Shown here in pieces: positions 47,814 to 56,882 of a DNA stretch of 64,000 nucleotides. The notes under the pieces were generated by a model. That model worked only from the letters and a program-made list of their open reading frames with translations. It ran no database searches and was not told the DNA's origin. The stretch's first letter is position 1. Each line of letters starts with the position of its first letter. A program made the position numbers and the translations under genes. This DNA is from Candidatus Cloacimonadales bacterium (lineage in GTDB: Bacteria; Cloacimonadota; Cloacimonadia; Cloacimonadales; JAFGVF01): NCBI GenBank assembly GCA_963662585.1, contig OY759729.1, positions 2,496,001 to 2,560,000 on the forward strand, written 5' to 3'.

Positions 47814-48247
47814 TGGAAATTAATTATATTGATTTACCTGCCCTGCTTAATATATATCAAAAAACAATCGAGGTTTCTGGTGGTGGAGAGGCTGGTATCA
47901 GAGATAAGGGCCAGATAGAGAGTATTCTTGAACATATTAAAAATGACCTCTACTATCCCTCTTTTATTAATAAACTTACCCACCTCTTCTTTTCCTTAAA
48001 TAAGTTTCACTGTTTTACAGACGGCAACAAAAGAATTGCTATTTCTGCGAGTGTCCTATTTCTTACGATTAATGGATATTTCTCTAGAATTTCAGAGTTT
48101 ATTATTGAAATGGAGAATATTACTCATCATGTAGCTGCTGGTGAAATAGACAAAGATCTTTTAGAAGAGATTATTACAGCAATAATTTATGATACTTATA
48201 ATTATGATGAAAACTTAAAGTTTAAAATTTATAAAGCAATTAGTTAG
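47813..48247 (+). CDS. Fic/Doc-family toxin (Doc-type motif)
   Basis: HCFTDGNKRIA, i.e. HxFxDGNKR; GIRDKGQIES N-terminal motif. Confidence 0.9.
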   Translation: MEINYIDLPALLNIYQKTIEVSGGGEAGIRDKGQIESILEHIKNDLYYPSFINKLTHLFFSLNKFHCFTDGNKRIAISASVLFLTINGYFSRISEFIIEMENITHHVAAGEIDKDLLEEIITAIIYDTYNYDENLKFKIYKAIS

Positions 48248-48259
48248 AAAGGATTTAAA

Positions 48260-51200
48260 ATGGAAAAATTATCGCATAGATTAATTATATATGATTGGAT
48301 GTTTACCAAGTTAGGCTATAATGATGCAAAAGCAGGGATGGAAGATTTAAGCTCTTTTATGCAGAGAATAGAGACTGGCTGGAATGAGCAAAATATCTTC
48401 TACTTTACTGAAGCTCTCAAGCTAAACTTACCTCAAACAAGAGAGATTACTAACCAAGATTTAGACATTTATGATTCTAATATTTATAGCCATTGGAGAA
48501 GAATCACCAAAGAAAGAGTTATTGTCGAGCATAGAGAGATTTTTCCTCTCTATTTTCAATATATCGCTCTACTCTTCACTGAGTACTATCTTCATAGATT
48601 TTTCAAAGACCTTAGTAATAACACCAATAATTTACTAGAAGAGCTAAACCATTATAGAATTACTTATAATAGAAAATATACTCGCAAAGGTGATTATATT
48701 CCAGTTTTTGCTTATGATGATTTTAGAAAGATTGCTTTTTGGATGGCTACCGGGAGTGGAAAAACTCTTCTCATGCATTGTCATATTTTACAATTTCATC
48801 ATTATCTAGATAAATATCAGCTTCATAGATATTTTAATAAAACTATTTTAATAACACCTAATGAAAGTCTCTCAAAACAACATCTTGAAGAGTTAAATTT
48901 ATCCAATATCTCAGCTATGGCTTACTCTAAAGATAGTCACGAAAACATAGATAACAGAATCGAAGTTATTGAAATAACCAAACTTAAAGAAGTTAGTGGG
49001 GTTACTACTGTAGCAGTTAGTGAGTTTGGTAGCAATAACATAGTTTTAGTAGATGAAGGACACAGAGGAGCTGCGGGAGATACTTGGGTTACAAATAGAG
49101 AAAAGATGAGTGAACAAGGCTTCTCTTTTGAATATTCTGCTACCTTGGGCCAGGCAGCCCAAACTTCTGATTCTATCAACAATATCTATGCTAAATCTAT
49201 ATTGATGGACTACTCCTACAAATATTTTTATCATGACGGCTACGGAAAAGATTTTTACATAACAGTTTTAGATAAACTTGAAGAGGGATATAATCAGACA
49301 GTTTCTCAGCACCTTTATTTGACAAATAATCTCTTAAAATTCTATCAACAGTGCAAATTATACCAAAATAATGAGGTATATTATAATGATTACTTAATAG
49401 ATTCCCCTTTGATGATTATTGTTGGTTCTACTGTTACTGGTAATAGGATGCAAGAAAGAGATACAGATATCATTACTACCATTAAGTTCTTTGCCAAGTT
49501 TATCCAAGACAAAGCAGAGAGCTATAGTAACATTAAGCTGATAATTAGTGGATTAGCTGAGCAATTAGTAGATGGATTGGTAAACTATGAAGCTTTCAAT
49601 TATTTAGACAGCTTGTTTCCTATTCATCAAGCAGATTCTGCAGAGTTAATTTATAATGATATTTTAAGTACTGTCTTTAATTCTCCTGGGGGAGGATTAC
49701 TCCACGCTGTTAATATGAAAGGTTCTGGAAGTGAAATAGGATTAAAGGTAGGTAATGGTAACGATTACTTTGGTGTAATAAACATTGGTGAACCTAGGAA
49801 ATTATGGAATATGTTGCTCGAATCTGATAACATTACCACGATAGAGCAAACTATCTCCTATTCACTCTTCGATACCATTAATGACCATAATTCACAGCTT
49901 AAAGTTCTGATAGGAGCTAAAAAGTTCACGGAAGGTTGGAACAGCTGGCGTGTTAGTAGTATGGGACTAATAAATGTTGGTGTAAATGAGGGCTCGCAAA
50001 TTATACAACTCTTCGGGAGAGGAGTACGCCTGAAAGGATTTAATTTCTCATTAAAGAGGACTAATACAAATAACAATACTCCAAAACATCTTGATTTATT
50101 AGAGACTCTTAATGTTTTTGGTATAAATTCTAACTATATGAATCAATTTAAAGAATATGTTGCAACAGAAGAGGTTATTGGAGAAAATAAAGAAGAAGAG
50201 ATTATGTTACCAATAATTTCTAATATTGTTAATCCAGACCTCAAGGTGATTCTACCACAAAAAGATACTCCTGACTTCATAAAAGAAGAAATCTTAGACT
50301 TTAAGCTAGAGAAAGAAATAAAAGGGAAAGTGCAGTCTGACTGGTATAGTAGAGTTTCCAGCATTACTAACAAATTTAATCTTGAATATAGTAATAACAA
50401 TCAACTTAATGAAGAGTCTTTTAAGAAATATCATCTTAAATATCTAAACTATGATCAGCTCTATCTAGATTTACTGAAATATAAGAAAGAACATGCCCGT
50501 TATAATGTAGATATTAGCTTAAACAGTGTCATAGAACTTTTAGAAGATAACTCATGGTATGAACTATACATACCCTCATTTTTGATGAAATTTGATAGTT
50601 TCTCAAAAATTAGGCTTTGGAATGAAATTGCTCTATCTCTTCTAAAGTCATATTTAGATAAATTCTATAAGCATTATAAAAATAAGTTCCAAGCACCTTA
50701 CAGAGAGTATCGAACATTAAAAGATGTATTAGAGTCAGCTGAACCTCAATGCCTGGCCTTTAAAAAAAATCTAGAGTTTGAATACAAGGCAATAGTAGAT
50801 AATAGTAAGGAGTTTTTAATTCGTAATATTAATAATTTAAAAAAGTCTCTTACAAATGGAGAATTTACTCCAATGAACTTAGGTAATTTTGAGATTGTTA
50901 AATTTGATAGACATCTATATAATCCACTTTTCTCTGTTAAAAAAGGTAATCTTGAAATCAAAATTTCTCCAGTTCATCTTAATATACATGAAAGGCAGTT
51001 TATAAAAGATTTAGAGACTTGGTGTAATAATAACAAAGATGGGTACTTACAAAACAGACAGTTATATGTTCTACGAAATCAAGAGAGAGGTAAAGGAATT
51101 GGCTTTTTTGATGAGAGTAACTTTTATCCAGATTTTATCATTTGGTTAGTAGAAGGAGAGAAACAGAAGATTACTTTTGCTGACCCACATGGACTTATTC

Positions 51201-51436
51201 ATGCTAAAGGATTTAAAGACCCTAAAATACGCTTATCTAAAACAATCAAAGAGGTAGAGATGCAATTGAAAGATAAAAATGTAAGTTTGCATTCATCAAT
51301 TCTATCTCCTACTAGATATGATGAGATTGTCCATTGGGAGAGTGCCCTGCCTGGGAAAAATGAATTTTCTAAGCATAATGTTCTCTTTATGTATGATGAT
51401 GAAAATTATATTGATAAATTGATAAAATTACAGTAG
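48260..51436 (+). CDS. res: Type III-like restriction subunit (SF2 helicase + PD-(D/E)xK nuclease)
   Basis: MATGSGKT, LVDEGH, EYSAT, KFTEGW, QLFGRGVRL; C-terminal FYPDFIIW...FADPHG. Confidence 0.9.
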   Translation: MEKLSHRLIIYDWMFTKLGYNDAKAGMEDLSSFMQRIETGWNEQNIFYFTEALKLNLPQTREITNQDLDIYDSNIYSHWRRITKERVIVEHREIFPLYFQYIALLFTEYYLHRFFKDLSNNTNNLLEELNHYRITYNRKYTRKGDYIPVFAYDDFRKIAFWMATGSGKTLLMHCHILQFHHYLDKYQLHRYFNKTILITPNESLSKQHLEELNLSNISAMAYSKDSHENIDNRIEVIEITKLKEVSGVTTVAVSEFGSNNIVLVDEGHRGAAGDTWVTNREKMSEQGFSFEYSATLGQAAQTSDSINNIYAKSILMDYSYKYFYHDGYGKDFYITVLDKLEEGYNQTVSQHLYLTNNLLKFYQQCKLYQNNEVYYNDYLIDSPLMIIVGSTVTGNRMQERDTDIITTIKFFAKFIQDKAESYSNIKLIISGLAEQLVDGLVNYEAFNYLDSLFPIHQADSAELIYNDILSTVFNSPGGGLLHAVNMKGSGSEIGLKVGNGNDYFGVINIGEPRKLWNMLLESDNITTIEQTISYSLFDTINDHNSQLKVLIGAKKFTEGWNSWRVSSMGLINVGVNEGSQIIQLFGRGVRLKGFNFSLKRTNTNNNTPKHLDLLETLNVFGINSNYMNQFKEYVATEEVIGENKEEEIMLPIISNIVNPDLKVILPQKDTPDFIKEEILDFKLEKEIKGKVQSDWYSRVSSITNKFNLEYSNNNQLNEESFKKYHLKYLNYDQLYLDLLKYKKEHARYNVDISLNSVIELLEDNSWYELYIPSFLMKFDSFSKIRLWNEIALSLLKSYLDKFYKHYKNKFQAPYREYRTLKDVLESAEPQCLAFKKNLEFEYKAIVDNSKEFLIRNINNLKKSLTNGEFTPMNLGNFEIVKFDRHLYNPLFSVKKGNLEIKISPVHLNIHERQFIKDLETWCNNNKDGYLQNRQLYVLRNQERGKGIGFFDESNFYPDFIIWLVEGEKQKITFADPHGLIHAKGFKDPKIRLSKTIKEVEMQLKDKNVSLHSSILSPTRYDEIVHWESALPGKNEFSKHNVLFMYDDENYIDKLIKLQ

Positions 51437-51538
51437 AATTTAGTATACAAACTCTTTTTGGGGAATAGGTTGGGTATTAGAAATATTTGACCTATTAAAC
51501 CCCTCCAGGATTTAAGAGCTTCTTATCAGGTATTTGCT

Positions 51539-52389
51539 AACTTTTTAGTATATGTCGCCCTTGCAGGGCTATCTTCTCGTAGAGACTTCTAGGAGTGTCT
51601 TGCGAACACTCCCTATTATATGTTATCCCTCCGGGATTTTAGAGGTTATTACCCAATTTTTAGAGGGCAAAAAATGTTTTGTCCCCCATTCGTGGAAAGT
51701 CCTTTTAATTCGCGTTAATTAGTGTGAAAGGTATTTGCATTTCTCTTTGTCTTTTCTATCTTCTTCGTGTAATTGGTGAAATTTGTGGATAGGTTCTTTT
51801 CTTTTAACTTTTTAGTATATGTCGCCCTTGTAGGGTTATTATCTAGTCGTTAACTCTAGGAGTGTCTTGTGAACACTCCCTATTATATGTTATCCCTCCG
51901 GGATTTTAGAGGTTGTTACCCAATTTTTAGAGGGCAAAAAAATGTTTTGCCCCTCCATTCGTGGAAATTCCTTTTAATTCGCGTTAATTAGTGTGAAAGG
52001 TATTTGCATTTCTCTTTGTCTTTTCTATCTTCTTCGTGTAATTGGTGAAATTTGTGGATAGGTTCTTTTCTTTTAACTTTTTAGTATGTGTCGCCCTTGC
52101 AGGGCTATCTTCTCGTAGAGACTTCTAGGAGTGTCTTGCGAACACTCCCTATTATATGTTATCCCTCCGGGATTAAAGAGGTTATTACCCAATTTTTAGA
52201 GGGCAAAAAAATGTTTTGCCCCTCCATTCGTGGAAATTCCTTTTAATTCGCGTTAATTAGTGTGAAAGGTATTGCATTTCTCTCGTGGAAATTCCTTTTA
52301 ATTCGCGTTAATTAGTGTGAAAGATATTCGCATTTCTCTTTGTCTCTTCTATCTTCTTCGTGTAATTGGTGAAATTTGTGGATAGGTTT
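51539..52389 (+). repeat. Tandem ~268-bp composite repeat x3 (family C element plus A/T-rich tail) with an internal partial duplication
   Basis: Units start at 51539, 51806 and 52075; extra copy of TCGTGGAAATTCC...GTGTGAAAG at ~52284. Confidence 0.92.
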
Positions 52390-52544
52390 TGTTTCTTTTA
52401 AACAGCTTTGAAAAATTGAAAGGGATTGTTTGTTCTGTGGTAATTTCCCTAAGTAGCAGAAAAAACAAGGTAAAATGATTTTTATATTGACATTGACGCA
52501 GTCTAAGAAAAAATTATAAAAAAATACCCAAAAAAGGTTTAAAT

Positions 52545-53594
52545 ATGAGAAATAAAGTCGATAAAGTAAACAATAGAAAACAATTAGCAAAGAAGAAGAA
52601 ACCATTTGTACAGGATTGGGTAGAGGCCATACTCTACGCCTTAGTAGTAGCTATGATAATTCGTAACTTTACTTTCCAGAATTTTAAAATTCCTTCAGGT
52701 TCCATGGAAAACACACTTTTAGTGGGTGATTATTTGGTAGCCAATAAGATGAAATTCCATTTTACTGATCCTAAGCGAGGGGAGATAGTTACTTTTAGAA
52801 TGCCAACAGATCCTGATAATCCTAATGATATTGATTTAAGTGATCCACAAAATTCAATGAATCCTTTTGCTAAATATACAGGCTTTTACAAAGAGTTGTA
52901 CGCACCTCTTTATATTAATACCGCTAAATTCTTTGATATAACAGCTTGGACTTGGTTTGGAATTACTTATTATGCTCCTAAAAATATTGTGAAGAGGGTG
53001 ATAGGCCTTCCTGGCGATACTGTAGAAATTATCAATCGAGAGATTCTTATCAATGGTGAAAATATAGGGACATATCACGGAGTCTATAAAACATATTTTA
53101 GTTATCCTAAGTTACTTAATCAATTCACTAGTTTTTATAACAAAGATAGGGCTGGCTATATGACTAATTTTGGTAATAATTCGCCTGAAGCAGTTGCTCA
53201 GTATGTCTATTTTAACTTTAATGGCTTAAATGAGGATTTGAGTAAAGTGAGTATTCAAGGACCTGATCAAAGATTTTTAAGTTTTATTCATGAATATAAT
53301 GCAAGCAAGGAAAACCCATATCAAATTTCTTGGGAAAATGAAGAGATGGGGACTCCGGATAATTTTGGTCCGGTAACAGTTCCTGAGGATAATTATTTTG
53401 TAATGGGTGATAACAGAAATAATAGCTATGATGGCCGATATTGGGGCTTTTTATCTCGTGAACATATTAGTGGTACTCCAAGTTTGATATTCTTCTCAAG
53501 AGATGAATCTTCTGTAGATAGAATGCAGGGAAGAGATGCTGTTAATAGATCGGGAAAAGTCCGTTGGGATAGGCTCTTTAAAATAGTGAAATAG
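52545..53594 (+). CDS. lepB: Signal peptidase I with insertions
   Basis: IPSGSMENTL (Ser), VKRVIGLPGD (Lys), GDNRNNSYDGRYWG. Confidence 0.95.
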   Translation: MRNKVDKVNNRKQLAKKKKPFVQDWVEAILYALVVAMIIRNFTFQNFKIPSGSMENTLLVGDYLVANKMKFHFTDPKRGEIVTFRMPTDPDNPNDIDLSDPQNSMNPFAKYTGFYKELYAPLYINTAKFFDITAWTWFGITYYAPKNIVKRVIGLPGDTVEIINREILINGENIGTYHGVYKTYFSYPKLLNQFTSFYNKDRAGYMTNFGNNSPEAVAQYVYFNFNGLNEDLSKVSIQGPDQRFLSFIHEYNASKENPYQISWENEEMGTPDNFGPVTVPEDNYFVMGDNRNNSYDGRYWGFLSREHISGTPSLIFFSRDESSVDRMQGRDAVNRSGKVRWDRLFKIVK

Positions 53595-54712
53595 TGAAAA
53601 AGCAAATTAATCACTTTTATATACATTTTCCATTTTGCACAAGTCGTTGTGGATACTGCTCATTTTACACTGAGCAGTTTTCACTTATAGCTAGGGATAA
53701 TTTCGTTAAATTATTAACTTCAGAAATTAAAGAGTCTAGCTTACTCTATGATTTTGATCCTAAAACAATCTATTTTGGGGGTGGAACTCCTTCTCTTTTA
53801 TTTCCTGATAAACTAAAGGAAATTATTGAGCAAATTACAGATAAAGCTGAGAATTGCGAAATTACCTTGGAATGCAATCCTATTACTTTGACGAAAGCTT
53901 ATATTGAAGATCTTGCTCAAAGTGGAGTAAACAGGGTAAGTTTGGGTATTCAGTCTTTACAAGAGTCTAACTTAAAATATTTAGGTAGGAAGCATTCACC
54001 TCATCAAGTAGCTCAAGTTATCAAAGAACTTAGAGCCCATGGCTTTAAGAATATCTCAGGTGATTTAATTTATGGTATTCCCAATCAAAGGATTATTGAT
54101 ATTCAAGAAGATATTAAGGAATTTTTAAAATTAGATTTGGATCATATCTCTATTTATTGCTTATCTTTAGAAGAAGATACTTCTTTATTTAAGGATTTAA
54201 AACTTATTCCTGAAGATGAAATTGTAGCTGAGATGTATCAGCTAATTTGCGACAAGTTAGAAGAATCAGGATTTGAGCAGTATGAGATATCAAATTTTGC
54301 CAAGGGTAATTGCTGTTCAAAAAATAACTTAGCTTACTGGGAGCAGAAAGATTATTTAGGCTTAGGAGCAGGAGCTTATGGCACGATAGCTAATTTGCGT
54401 TATAATAATAGTAGCTTTAGTGAATGGGAGATGGATGTTAAAAACAAAAGATTATTCCCGAACAGAGAATATTTAACAGAAAGAGACAAAATGAATGAAT
54501 ATATAATGCTTCAACTTAGGCTAAATAAGGGACTAAGTACTGAACAGCTTAAAATAAAATATAATTTTGATATTTGGGCAGAAAAAAAAGAGCTTATTCA
54601 CTCTTTTCTTGAGTCTAATCTTATAGAAAAAGAAGAGGAAAGATTATGCTTGACTTATAAGAGTAGGTTTATATCAAATTATATTATCTCAGAATTAATG
54701 GAGGACAAGTGA
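53594..54712 (+). CDS. hemW: Radical-SAM heme chaperone HemW (HemN-like)
   Basis: YIHFPFCTSRCGYCSF, YFGGGTPS, QYEISNFA. Confidence 0.88.
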   Translation: MKKQINHFYIHFPFCTSRCGYCSFYTEQFSLIARDNFVKLLTSEIKESSLLYDFDPKTIYFGGGTPSLLFPDKLKEIIEQITDKAENCEITLECNPITLTKAYIEDLAQSGVNRVSLGIQSLQESNLKYLGRKHSPHQVAQVIKELRAHGFKNISGDLIYGIPNQRIIDIQEDIKEFLKLDLDHISIYCLSLEEDTSLFKDLKLIPEDEIVAEMYQLICDKLEESGFEQYEISNFAKGNCCSKNNLAYWEQKDYLGLGAGAYGTIANLRYNNSSFSEWEMDVKNKRLFPNREYLTERDKMNEYIMLQLRLNKGLSTEQLKIKYNFDIWAEKKELIHSFLESNLIEKEEERLCLTYKSRFISNYIISELMEDK

Positions 54713-55959
54713 AGAAAGTAGGGATATTTATCTTATTCTTAACTAGTATTTTAATAATAAATAGTGAAATATTAATTCCTATGGATAATAGTCAGAGTAA
54801 TCATCTTAGAGCTTATGGAGTTGTTTTTCGAAGCTTACAGAATCAACAAACTGCTAAGTGGCTTCTTAATTATCGTGGTGGTTCTTTCTTGTGCAATGAT
54901 AGTCAAACAGTTATTAATGACTTACACTTAAGTGGAGTTAGTTATGAGAATATTTCAGGAAATGAAGTTGCTTCTATTTATGCTACAATAAATGAAGAGA
55001 ATATGGATGTTGTCCTTTTAGAGGTAGAACCTAAAATAGCTGTTTATACCCCACCGAATAAAGTCCCTTGGGATGATGCGGTTACTTTAGCCTTGACTTA
55101 TGCAGGAATAGAGTATGATACTCTCTGGGATGAAGAGGTAATTACTAAAGGTTTAGATGATTATGATTGGGTGCATTTGCATCATGAAGATTTTACTGGG
55201 CAGTTTGGTAAGTTTTATGCATCCTATAGATTTGCCGATTGGTATCAAGAAGAAGTAAGAATTAATGAAGAGATGGCAGATAAATTAGGCTATAATAAGG
55301 TCTGGGAATTAAAGCATGCGGTAGCTGAAAAAATAAGAGCTTTTGTTGTAAATGGAGGATTCTTATTCGCTATGTGTGGAGCTACAGATACTATTGATAT
55401 AGCTTTAGCAGCTTCGAATGTAGATATAGTACCTAAAGAGTTTGATGGTGATGGGATCGACCCAAATTATCGTTCAAAGTTAGATTTTACCCATACTTTT
55501 GTTTTTGAGAATTTTAAGATTGAAGAGAATCCAATGATCTATGAATATTCAGATATAGATGCTTCAGATTATGCTGCGATTAGAGGGGCTGAAGCTGATT
55601 ATTTTCAGCTCTTTGATTTCTCGGCTAAGTTTGACCCTGTTCCTACAATGCTAACTCAAAATCATGGCTCAATTGTAGATGGCTTCTTGGGTATGACTAC
55701 TTCTTTCAAAAAGAAATATATTAAAAAAAGTGTGATTGTCTTGGGTGAAATCCCTAATTCTGATGAAACTAAATATATTCATGGTAATCTGGGAAAGGGT
55801 ACTTTTACTTTTTATGGAGGACATGATCCTGAGGATTATCGCCACTTGATAGGAGATCCTGAAACTGTATTGGATTTACATAAAAATTCCAAAGGCTATA
55901 GGTTGATTCTCAACAATGTTCTTTTCCCAGCAGCAGAAAAAAAGAAATTAAAAACATAG
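54709..55959 (+). CDS. Exported conserved protein with class I glutamine-amidotransferase-like fold (family often labelled asparagine synthetase B)
   Basis: Signal peptide; LIPMD, WLLNYRGGSF, LHHEDFTGQ, GGFLFAMC, GGHDPEDY. Confidence 0.7.
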   Translation: MKKVGIFILFLTSILIINSEILIPMDNSQSNHLRAYGVVFRSLQNQQTAKWLLNYRGGSFLCNDSQTVINDLHLSGVSYENISGNEVASIYATINEENMDVVLLEVEPKIAVYTPPNKVPWDDAVTLALTYAGIEYDTLWDEEVITKGLDDYDWVHLHHEDFTGQFGKFYASYRFADWYQEEVRINEEMADKLGYNKVWELKHAVAEKIRAFVVNGGFLFAMCGATDTIDIALAASNVDIVPKEFDGDGIDPNYRSKLDFTHTFVFENFKIEENPMIYEYSDIDASDYAAIRGAEADYFQLFDFSAKFDPVPTMLTQNHGSIVDGFLGMTTSFKKKYIKKSVIVLGEIPNSDETKYIHGNLGKGTFTFYGGHDPEDYRHLIGDPETVLDLHKNSKGYRLILNNVLFPAAEKKKLKT

Positions 55960-55967
55960 GATAGATT

Positions 55968-56873
55968 ATGAGTAATTATTATAAAAATAGAAGAAGTATC
56001 GAAATAAAAGTGGGGATTTTCTTTATCCTTGGAATAGTTGTTTTAACTTTAGGCGTGGTCTTTCTACAAGATATTTTTTATTCTGGCGATCGAGAAGAAA
56101 TTACGATAAAATTTCCCACCACTGATGGTTTAGATCCAGGGGATAAGGTGAAGCTTAACGGTATTGCAATAGGAAAAATTACTGATATATCGTTAATCCA
56201 GGAAGGTGTTTTGGTTAAAGCTATGATTCAAGTACCTGAATTTCAGCTTTCAGAAGATTCATATTTCCTAGCTTCAGAAAGTAGCTTGATGGGGGGACAT
56301 CACTTAGAAATAATCCCTGGGAGTAGTAGTGAAAAACTTGATTTTAATAAGCTACAAATAGGAAAAACTGGTAACTCAATCTATGGAATGATTAATGAAG
56401 CTAAAACGCTGATAGTTGATCTAAGTGGTGTAATTACTAGTATTAACAGTAATATAGATATAATCGATTCAACTAAGGTTTTTATACATAACTCTGATAA
56501 GGCGATAAAAAATCTGAACTCAATTCTTACTGATAATAAGCAAGATATTGAAGAAATTGTAGCTAATTTGCAGAAATCTACCCACACTTTGAACTTGCTT
56601 CTAACTAATAATAAGAGTAATATAGATAGCACTTTAACTAATATTCCTGAAACGATTAATAATCTTAATGCTAATTTGGCAGAGCTAAAAGACTTTGTTT
56701 TTAAGTTAAACGCTATGTTTGATGAATATCAAGAATCCGATAGTACAGTCAGAAAACTCTTAGAAGAAAAAGAACTCTATGAGAAATTAAATAAAACTAT
56801 TGATGAAGCAGATAGTCTGCTTAAAGATATAAAGAAAAATCCTAAGAAATATATTGATTTAAAAATCTTCTAA
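55968..56873 (+). CDS. MCE/MlaD-family protein
   Basis: EIKVGIF + TM, GL.PGDKVKLNGI.IGKI, helical tail ending DIKKNPKKY. Confidence 0.9.
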   Translation: MSNYYKNRRSIEIKVGIFFILGIVVLTLGVVFLQDIFYSGDREEITIKFPTTDGLDPGDKVKLNGIAIGKITDISLIQEGVLVKAMIQVPEFQLSEDSYFLASESSLMGGHHLEIIPGSSSEKLDFNKLQIGKTGNSIYGMINEAKTLIVDLSGVITSINSNIDIIDSTKVFIHNSDKAIKNLNSILTDNKQDIEEIVANLQKSTHTLNLLLTNNKSNIDSTLTNIPETINNLNANLAELKDFVFKLNAMFDEYQESDSTVRKLLEEKELYEKLNKTIDEADSLLKDIKKNPKKYIDLKIF

Positions 56874-56882
56874 GGGGGATAC

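Noticed and set aside
40859..51436. BREX or DISARM assignment
   Set aside because: No PglZ, BrxC, DrmA/DrmB (DUF1998) or PLD gene; the Mod/Res motifs fit type III-like R-M.
39861..52389. Integron attC sites or phage att sites
   Set aside because: No convincing RYYYAAC/GTTRRRY pairing, no integrase, and the repeat is not a tRNA end; the family is dispersed.
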